Assembly (NCBI GenBank): GCA_035342635.1
Contig: DAOQXO010000001.1
Coordinates: forward strand, 18,751 to 82,750
Length of the DNA: 64,000 bases
DNA from: Steroidobacteraceae bacterium
Lineage (GTDB): Bacteria > Pseudomonadota > Gammaproteobacteria > Steroidobacterales > Steroidobacteraceae
Direction of reading: 5' to 3'
Of the stretch, positions 35,761 through 42,944 are shown in pieces. Both the position numbers and the translations under genes were made by a program. The notes under the pieces are model-generated. The model saw only the letters and a list, made by a program, of their open reading frames with translations. It did no database searches and was not told the origin of the DNA. Position 1 is the stretch's first letter. Every line of letters begins with the position of its first letter.

Positions 35761-38700
35761 TCAGCGGGGCAGGCGGGCAAGCCGTTGCTCGAGATCACGC
35801 GTGTAGTATCGCTCGCCGCCAAAGCGTTTGCGCACGATCGGCAGTGCTTCGGTCAGCAGCCTGCGGGCTTCGGGATATTTCTTCTCCGCGGCGTAGGTGG
35901 TGGCGAGCACGGCGTCCTGCAGCGCGTAGCGCCAGGCCTCGTCGGGCATCTCGGCAAGCGGGTACTGTTGTTCGAGCAGCGTTCTTGCCCGGGAGAGCAG
36001 TTCCCCGGCCTGCGGGGCGCGGTCCGTCTTTGCGTACACATCGGCGAGGTTGGTCAGCACCTGGTCCCGCATCCAGTGGTTTCGCTTCTCGGCGATACCC
36101 AGTGCCTCGTCGAGCCTCGCCTCCGCCCCTGCGTACCTGCGCCGCGCGAGGTCGATCATCGCGAGGCTGTTGAGTGGCAGGATCAGGTCGTCGTGGTCGG
36201 GGGGCTTGGTGCGCCGGTGAGTGTCGAGCGCCCTGGCCAGATAGCCTTCGGCCTCATCGAGCCTGCCTTCGATCAGCAGGCCACGGCCGATGTTGTTGGC
36301 CACACTCGCGCTCTCAGGGTGGTCTTTCCCCGCCCATTCGTCGGAGATGGCCAGGCATTCCTGCCACGCCGTCACCGCCTCCTCATACTGCCCGGTCTGG
36401 AAACTGATCGCGCCGAGATGATTCAGACTGTCGGCGACCTTCCAGTGTCCGCGACCGAGCGAGTTCCTCCTGATCGCGAGGCTGTCGCGAGTGAGCTGCT
36501 CCGCCTCGCCGTACCGCGCCTCGTAATAGAGCGTGATCGCGAGTCCCTGCATCGTCTCGGCGACCTCCAGGCTCTTCGCACCGTGCAGCCGCGTGTCGAT
36601 CGCGAGCGCCTCGCGATAGGCGGTCTCGGCATCGGCATCCGATCCCAGCTGCGACAGCGTATCGCCGAGGCCAACGAGTATGCGCGATACCAGTGCGTCG
36701 CCCTCGGGCGCAAGCTGCCGTGCACTGGCCAGGGCAATCCGGTATTGCTTCTCGGCCTCGACGTAAGCGCCGTCGAGGTACGTTGCGGCGGCCAGCGCCC
36801 GCCGCGTTTCGGTCGTGGCCCGTGTGTCGGCGCCCGCGGACCGTTCGCGCAATACCAGCGCATCGCGCAACAGTGCCTGCGCCGGGGCCGGCAGGCCGAG
36901 GCCCGTGTACGCCCGGCCCATCGCGGTCATCAGGCTCGAACGGATGGCGGGTCGATCCTGCAACTGGCGTTGCACGTCGGCGGCACCGCGGTCGAGCATC
37001 TCGCGCACCGTGAACTCGTTCGCGCGGGCCTCGGTCGGGTCAGCGAGCGTGAACAGGGAGACCATGAAATCCATGGTCTGCTCGGTCGTCGACGCCTCGG
37101 TCTCTGCCCGCTCCCGTTGCGAGGTGGCGACGAGAGCGGCGGTGGTCGCTGCCGTGGCGAGCACGGCCAGGCCGGCAACCGCGCTGTTGCGGGCGAGCCG
37201 TGCGCGGCGTGCCCGCGCCTGCGAAGCCTCGATCAGCGCGACTTCGGAGGGCGTGAGTTCCATGCCGGCAGCGGCGACACTCGCAGCCTCCTCGAGCGAT
37301 CGGCCCGCCGCCAGCAACAGATCGGCCCTGCGGCTTTCCTGCTCCCAGCGCTCCGCGTTCGCCGCCAGGCGTGCCCGGGCCCGCAACAGGTCGCGATTCT
37401 CGCCGAGCCAGTCGCGCACGCGCGGCCAATGGCGAAGCAGGGCCTCGTGCGCGATCGACACCACGGGTCGTGCGTCGTTGCCGAGTTCGGACACGCACAG
37501 GCGCGCCTCGATCAATGCATGCACGAGGTCCCACTGCGGACCGGCGGGGAACTCATCGAGCGCGGCGCTGCGGCGGCTGAATGCGCCCGCACCGGTGGTG
37601 GTTGCGCTGATGAGCCTGCGCAGGACCGATGACAGGCTTTCGCGGGTTGCCTCGGGCAGCGCCATGAACACCGCCTCGGCGCGCCGCGCGAGCGCGCCCT
37701 CGACGCCCCCGATGTCGTGGTAGGCGGCAAATGTCAGCGTGCCGTCGGACGCGCGTCGCAGGTAGAGCTCTTCGAGCGCGAACTCCAGCAGCGGCAGGGC
37801 CTCCGGGCTGCGTGCCGCTTCATCGCGCAGCACTTCGTCGAGACCCTCGCCGCCATCGACGCGCGTCTCGAAGCGCAGGCCGGCCGCCGCGGCAGGCAGC
37901 CGGATGATCTGGCCGATCTCCGCCGGCGTGGGTGCACGCAAGTCATATTGTCCGTCGCCCGCCTTCAGCGCGACGAGGGTCCCGTGCTCGACGCAGCGCG
38001 GATAGAAATCGCTGCGCAATGTCGCGATCGTCCAGACCTTGCGCGACGCCGTCACCTGCGCGAGCCGCGCAAAAAAACGCTCGCGCTCCGCGTGGCCGAT
38101 TCGCTCGTCGGCGAACACTTCCTCGAACTGGTCGATCACGAGCACGGTGCGTCGGTCCGGTGGCGCGGCCGCGGCCGCTTCGCCCAGGCTCTCTTCGAGC
38201 AGTGCGCAAAGGTCGTCCCTGCGGTCCCGCGGTCGCAACTCGACACGCCGCCATTCGGCAATACCCTCGATGACACCCGGTTGCGTGAGTACCGGCAGCA
38301 GGCCGGAGCGCACGACTGACGACTTGCCGCTGCCGCTTGCCCCGATCACGAGCAGGAATGGCCGGTCCGCGGCATCCTGCCGGCGCAGCGCCGCGATCAT
38401 CTCGCCGATCGCCGCGGTCCGGCCGAAGAACACCGGCGCGTGTTCGAAGTCGAAGGCCTCGAGGCCGCGAAACGGTGATTCGTGACGCCAGGTCGCGACA
38501 TCAGTGCGTGCGGCGCCGACCGCCTCCGGGAACGTGCGCGCGATCAGCTTGCGCAGGTGGACATCGATCAGTTCCTCGAACTGCGCGACGTCGGCGAACG
38601 GATGGAACGCCGCGCGCAGCGTGCCGTCCGTCTCGTCGTGGAACCACCGGCGCACGAAGGCATCGAGGGCCTGCTTCTGCCGCAGTCGCTCGAGCGACTG

Positions 38701-39102
38701 CGCATCATCGTCGGCATCGAGCAGCGGAGGAGCGGTCTTTCGATACACGAGCAGCGCGGGCCGTCCGTGCCGACGGTAACCCGACAGCGCGTCCTCGAAC
38801 TCGAACTCGGTTCCCGATTCGTAGTGCTTGCCGTCCGGCTTGCGAAACGATGCCGGCAGGCGCGTGCCGAGGCGCGACCACAGCACGCAGATGGCGGCGT
38901 GCGCATCGGCCGGGTGCGGCAACTGGTCCTGGAAGGAGGCGGAGGCGACGAGCGGTTCGTGTTCCCAGAAGACCGGCTCGATCCGAACGCGCCCGTTGAA
39001 CTCGCTGCCCAGGCGGTCGATGACGCGCCGGGCGATCAGCCGCTCTTCGGCGACATCCCCCGGCGACGACAGGAATATCCGGAACGTGTCCAACGCGCGC
39101 AC
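35761..39102 (-). CDS. STAND-type P-loop NTPase with DUF4062/TIR-like N-terminal domain, one TM helix and C-terminal TPR repeats
   Basis: 1113 aa, GTG start (boundary uncertain). N-terminus is RIFLSSPGDVAEER...ESGTEFEFEDAL...PALLVYRK. Next come FRGLEAFDFEHAPVFFGR, Walker A GASGSGKS (nt 38320..38343) and Walker B-like LVIDQFEEVF. A hydrophobic helix AVAGLAVLATAATTAALVATS lies at ~37120..37185. About 400 aa of TPR_12-like repeats follow (e.g. YREALAIDTRLHGAKSLEVAETMQGLAITLYYEARYGEAEQL). Confidence 0.8.
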   Translation of the reverse strand: MRALDTFRIFLSSPGDVAEERLIARRVIDRLGSEFNGRVRIEPVFWEHEPLVASASFQDQLPHPADAHAAICVLWSRLGTRLPASFRKPDGKHYESGTEFEFEDALSGYRRHGRPALLVYRKTAPPLLDADDDAQSLERLRQKQALDAFVRRWFHDETDGTLRAAFHPFADVAQFEELIDVHLRKLIARTFPEAVGAARTDVATWRHESPFRGLEAFDFEHAPVFFGRTAAIGEMIAALRRQDAADRPFLLVIGASGSGKSSVVRSGLLPVLTQPGVIEGIAEWRRVELRPRDRRDDLCALLEESLGEAAAAAPPDRRTVLVIDQFEEVFADERIGHAERERFFARLAQVTASRKVWTIATLRSDFYPRCVEHGTLVALKAGDGQYDLRAPTPAEIGQIIRLPAAAAGLRFETRVDGGEGLDEVLRDEAARSPEALPLLEFALEELYLRRASDGTLTFAAYHDIGGVEGALARRAEAVFMALPEATRESLSSVLRRLISATTTGAGAFSRRSAALDEFPAGPQWDLVHALIEARLCVSELGNDARPVVSIAHEALLRHWPRVRDWLGENRDLLRARARLAANAERWEQESRRADLLLAAGRSLEEAASVAAAGMELTPSEVALIEASQARARRARLARNSAVAGLAVLATAATTAALVATSQRERAETEASTTEQTMDFMVSLFTLADPTEARANEFTVREMLDRGAADVQRQLQDRPAIRSSLMTAMGRAYTGLGLPAPAQALLRDALVLRERSAGADTRATTETRRALAAATYLDGAYVEAEKQYRIALASARQLAPEGDALVSRILVGLGDTLSQLGSDADAETAYREALAIDTRLHGAKSLEVAETMQGLAITLYYEARYGEAEQLTRDSLAIRRNSLGRGHWKVADSLNHLGAISFQTGQYEEAVTAWQECLAISDEWAGKDHPESASVANNIGRGLLIEGRLDEAEGYLARALDTHRRTKPPDHDDLILPLNSLAMIDLARRRYAGAEARLDEALGIAEKRNHWMRDQVLTNLADVYAKTDRAPQAGELLSRARTLLEQQYPLAEMPDEAWRYALQDAVLATTYAAEKKYPEARRLLTEALPIVRKRFGGERYYTRDLEQRLARLPR

Positions 39103-39163
39103 ATTACCGAAGACCGCGCCGCGGCCACAATCGCGCCCTGGGTCGGCGGGGCGCCGGCCACGA

Positions 39164-40081
39164 TCAACGAGCCGCGGGCTGGCCAGTGCGCCGCCGGATC
39201 ATGAGCAGGGCGGCAAGTCCGGCGAGCATCAGCACCAGGGTGCCAGGTTCCGGGACGGGCGCAGGCGGCGGCGGTGTCGTGCCTCCCACGAGCACGCCAT
39301 CGCGGAAGCGGAAGAAGTAATCGGCATCCTCGACCAGCGCGTCAGTGCTGCGAAACAGATCGGCGCCGCCGGCGGTGATGAACTGGTTGCCGATCAGCGA
39401 TGGGAAGGACGAGTCGAGGGCGTTCGAGCCGTAGCGCATGTCGACGTCGAAGTCGCCGTTGCCGAGGAAGTAGATGTACGCCTGGAAGTCGTAGGTCGTG
39501 TCGGGATCGTCCGCGAGCGCGATGTTGGTCCAGAAGAAACGTATGCCGGCCACCGCGGCGTCCGCGTCAGGTGCGGCGTCACTGAGACCCATGCCGAAAC
39601 CGAAGGTATACGAGGTGCTGCCATCGCCGTTCGACGAGAAAGTGCCGTCGCCAAGGTCGTAGGCATTCGAGGCGAGATCGGCCGCAAACACGCCGAACAG
39701 CGGATCCGCGGCGCTGTAGCCGGTGGCGGAGTCGAAGAGCGCGAAGCTGCCGTCTTCGAACATCCGCAGCGAGTCGTAGCTGGTGCCGCCGATATTGAGG
39801 GCGTGCGAACTGTAGGGGCCGCCGAGCAGCGTATCGTCGCTGTCCCGGTACTCGGTCGTGAAGAGGAGCGACCCGTCGGCGGGTGCCGAGGTCAGGTCGA
39901 CGCCGTCGTCGAAGGAGCTGTCGAACCCGACCCCGGGCCGGCCAGGCCAGCCCGCGCCGGACTGCGGAAACGACTCGGGTCCGAAGTCGACCTGGACCCG
40001 TCGGGCCTCTGCGGTCCCGATTGGCAGCAGGGCCACGGCAACGGCGGCGATCAGGGCCCTGGACACCCGGTTGGTGGACAT
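39164..40081 (-). CDS. PEP-CTERM sorting-domain secreted protein
   Basis: Signal peptide MSTNRVSRALIAAVAVALLPIGTAEA. The C-terminus PVPEPGTLVLMLAGLAALLMIRRRTG is a canonical PEP-CTERM anchor (PEP motif, TM, Arg cluster). Confidence 0.85.
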   Translation of the reverse strand: MSTNRVSRALIAAVAVALLPIGTAEARRVQVDFGPESFPQSGAGWPGRPGVGFDSSFDDGVDLTSAPADGSLLFTTEYRDSDDTLLGGPYSSHALNIGGTSYDSLRMFEDGSFALFDSATGYSAADPLFGVFAADLASNAYDLGDGTFSSNGDGSTSYTFGFGMGLSDAAPDADAAVAGIRFFWTNIALADDPDTTYDFQAYIYFLGNGDFDVDMRYGSNALDSSFPSLIGNQFITAGGADLFRSTDALVEDADYFFRFRDGVLVGGTTPPPPAPVPEPGTLVLMLAGLAALLMIRRRTGQPAAR

Positions 40082-40298
40082 TGTCGCGACTCCCCTGAAG
40101 TTCCGTTTCAGGTGCCGGCAGGCCGCATCCCTGCCGACGCCGGTGAGAGGACAAGCGCAGCAAGTACGATGCCACGGGATGGACGGGCTCGTCCGATCAA
40201 GCAGTTAGTCCAGGATTGGCGGCGAGTGCGATTCCCGTGTGGGACCAAGTGTAAGATTCGCCGACGCCCGCCGGGAGAATGCGGGCCGGGGTATCGCG

Positions 40299-41267
40299 AT
40301 GGAATGCGGTGTACGCAGCTGGTCGGTGGGCGCGGCGGTGCTTTACGGGGCCCTGGGCCTTCTGCCCTTGCCGGCAGCCGCCCGGGAGTCCTGCGCCCTC
40401 GACGCCCTCGCATCCCCGGATCTGGTCATCGCGAACGTCGAGCCCGTGCGGTTCGCGAACGACATCACCCGCAAGGCGATCGCCCATACGGCGACCGATC
40501 CGGCGGCCTTCAAGATCAAGGTGAGGCGCGCGGGTCCCGGCGCGAGCTCGTTCAACAACGAGCCCCGCTACGAACTGGCGGCTCTCGAGATTTCGCGACT
40601 CCTCTACCCGCCGGGTGAGGACGTCGTGCCGCCGATCGCGCTGCGCTCGGAGTCTTTCCCCGCCTTCTACGCCATCGACCCCGCGGGCGTCGAGGCGTGG
40701 CGCGGCACCAATGCCGCACTGTTCATGGTGCAGTGCTGGCTCGAAGGCGCGAAGTCCCATCGCCTCGAGATCGACAGGTCGCGCTTCGCGACCGATCCCG
40801 CCTACGCGCGCGCGATCAGCCGCCTGAACGTGCTCACCTACCTGATCGAGCACAAGGACTCGAACCTCGGCAACGTGATGCTGACTGGTGAGGGCGAGAC
40901 CGTGCGCGCCTGGGCAATCGACAACGGCGTCGCGTTCGATTCTGCCGAGAGCGATGTCGGCGTGTTCTGGAGGAACCTGCGTGTCGACGCCGTCGATCGC
41001 GCGCTCGCCGATCGACTGCGCTCGCTCACGCTTGAGGAACTGCGCGCGCGGCTCGGCGTGATCGCGCAGTACGAACTGGTCGACTCGCGATGGCAGCCGC
41101 GCGAGCGCGGCGCCAACCTCGATGCGCGGCGCGGCGTGCGCCGTCGTGCCAACCAGTTGCAGCTCGGGCTCACCAGTGCGGAAATCAATTCGATCGAGCG
41201 CCGTCGGCAACGGCTCGTGCGCCGGATCGACAAGGGCGAGATCAGCCTGTTACCCGACGCATCCTGA
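40299..41267 (+). CDS. Secreted atypical protein-kinase-like domain protein (PI3/4-kinase-like or FAM20-like pattern)
   Basis: ATG 40299 gives the signal-like MECGVRSWSVGAAVLYGALGLLPLPAAA. Kinase-like landmarks are AFKIKV (beta3 Lys), YELAALEISRLL (alphaC Glu), FMVQCWLEGAKS (hinge), IEHKDSNLGNVML (catalytic loop D..N) and AIDNGVAF (DxG metal loop). Confidence 0.6.
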   Translation: MECGVRSWSVGAAVLYGALGLLPLPAAARESCALDALASPDLVIANVEPVRFANDITRKAIAHTATDPAAFKIKVRRAGPGASSFNNEPRYELAALEISRLLYPPGEDVVPPIALRSESFPAFYAIDPAGVEAWRGTNAALFMVQCWLEGAKSHRLEIDRSRFATDPAYARAISRLNVLTYLIEHKDSNLGNVMLTGEGETVRAWAIDNGVAFDSAESDVGVFWRNLRVDAVDRALADRLRSLTLEELRARLGVIAQYELVDSRWQPRERGANLDARRGVRRRANQLQLGLTSAEINSIERRRQRLVRRIDKGEISLLPDAS

Positions 41268-42876
41268 TGATCGCGGTCGCCGTGGCGCCGTCCATGTCGC
41301 TCGCGACGATCTCGATGTACTCCTCGACCAGCACATCGCCCGGCGGCACGCCTGTGAGGCGTGCCAGCGCGCCGTCGAACTCGAGCCACGGCGGCAGCGG
41401 TCCACCGCCCGCGAGCCGCGCCTCGTAGGCGAGCACATCGCCCGGATCGGGATCGAAGAACGTCTCCGCCGGCAGCACGTGGTCGATAGCCCGGCCCGGA
41501 TGCACGAGCAGATCCTCGGGCTCGCGCTGGCGCACCGGCGCGGTGTTCTGCGTCTCGGCGCGCGACAGCGCGCTGTAGTGGCGACCGATCCGCGCGGCGA
41601 CGCCGAGCCAGACCACGCAGAGCGCGGCGTTCAGCATCGCGAAGCTGCGCGTGCCGAAGCCGAACCAGTTGAGACCGGCAAACACCACGCCCGCCTGCAG
41701 GATGTCGCCGAAGCGCCAGAAGAAAGTGTCGATCGTCGTCTTGCCGTCGAACTTCGCCGCTGCGCCCGTCGGCAGATAGAGCGTCTGCTCCGTCGTGTTC
41801 ATCAGCGAATAGTTGGTCGAGTTCTCGAGGATCTTGGCGACGTAGATCATCGTGAACACAGGCACGAACGCGATCGCGCCGTAGACGAACAGCGCGATCG
41901 CCGGCAACACCAGCACTGCGCCGCGCACGCCGATCGCACGGTAGACGCGGGATACGGCGAGCGCCTGCACCAGCACACCGACCAGTGTGACCCACAGCTG
42001 GAAGCGCGCGTACAGCGAACCGATGATGGCTTCGCGCTCGGTGAGCAACGCGTCCGCGCCGGCGAGCATTTCGGCGCGTGCCTTGATCAGCGCCGCGAGC
42101 AGGTAGTCGCCGGTCGAGCCGATGCAGTTGAGCAGCACGACGAAAGTCGCGACGAGCAGCAGGTAGCGGCTGCTGAACACGACCTGGAAGCCGCCGAATA
42201 CCGAGCTCACTGTCTTTGCAGCCCCGGTCACCGGCACGGGCCGGGACGATTCGGGCACGGCGCGCGCCTCCGGGCTGATCACACCGATGCTCGCAACGAG
42301 CAGCAGCGCGCCGAGCAGCAGCAGCGGCAGTGGGCCAAGGCGCACGATCGCAAGATCGGTGATCTGCGCGCCGGCCAGCGCACCGACGGTGGCGCCCAGC
42401 ATGATGGCCGGGAAGAGCCGCTGTCCGCTCTTGGTGTTGAACGAGCTGGCGGCGAGCGCCCAGAACTGCGCGACCACCATCAATCCGTACACACTCACCC
42501 AGATGAAGAACACGATGCCGAACCACTTGCTCGCGCGAAATGGATAGGCGACAGCGAAGGCGAGGATGTTCGCCGCGAAGAAGGCGCTGACCAGTCCAAC
42601 GAGACGGCGGCCGTCGATCCGGCGGCGCACGGCGCTGTAGAGAGGTACCAGCAGCATCAGCACCACGCCATTCGCCGCGACCGCGTAGCTGCGCACCTCG
42701 GCTGCGGCGCCAGCGAGCAGGAATGACTCGCGCAGCGCCTTCAGCACGTAGTACGACGCCATAATCAGGAACGCGTGCGAGCCGAACAGCGCGATGCAGC
42801 GGCCTTCGCCGGCGCGCACGCGGGTGAGCAGGCGCAACGCGCGCTCGAATGGCGTGAGTTCCGCAGGTGCGCTCAA
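41242..42876 (-). CDS. ATP/ADP-translocase-like (TLC/NTT, COG3202-type) MFS transporter with a C-terminal dystroglycan-type cadherin/Ig-like domain
   Basis: TTG start. The N-terminus VRAGEGRCIALFGSHAFLIMASYYVLKALRESFLL...LVPLYSAVRRRIDGRRLV matches the NTP/NDP-exchanger family pattern. The last ~95 aa, LPAETFFDPDPGDVLAYEARLAGGGPLPPWLEFDGALARLTGVPPGD...VASDMDGATATAIIRMRV, match the Cadg/He_PIG pattern. Confidence 0.7.
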   Translation of the reverse strand: MSAPAELTPFERALRLLTRVRAGEGRCIALFGSHAFLIMASYYVLKALRESFLLAGAAAEVRSYAVAANGVVLMLLVPLYSAVRRRIDGRRLVGLVSAFFAANILAFAVAYPFRASKWFGIVFFIWVSVYGLMVVAQFWALAASSFNTKSGQRLFPAIMLGATVGALAGAQITDLAIVRLGPLPLLLLGALLLVASIGVISPEARAVPESSRPVPVTGAAKTVSSVFGGFQVVFSSRYLLLVATFVVLLNCIGSTGDYLLAALIKARAEMLAGADALLTEREAIIGSLYARFQLWVTLVGVLVQALAVSRVYRAIGVRGAVLVLPAIALFVYGAIAFVPVFTMIYVAKILENSTNYSLMNTTEQTLYLPTGAAAKFDGKTTIDTFFWRFGDILQAGVVFAGLNWFGFGTRSFAMLNAALCVVWLGVAARIGRHYSALSRAETQNTAPVRQREPEDLLVHPGRAIDHVLPAETFFDPDPGDVLAYEARLAGGGPLPPWLEFDGALARLTGVPPGDVLVEEYIEIVASDMDGATATAIIRMRRVTG

Positions 42877-42944
42877 TGGACCCCCGTCGATCGACGATTC
42901 CCGGCGCGAACCGCCGACAGCTTACAGCCAGCGCACCGGCCTGC

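Noticed and set aside
40117-40135. Hairpin ggcagg-ccgcatc-cctgcc in the divergent spacer between the PEP-CTERM gene and the kinase-like gene, considered as an operator or riboregulator.
   Set aside because: A 6-bp GC stem is common by chance in this composition. There is no second copy or recognisable motif.
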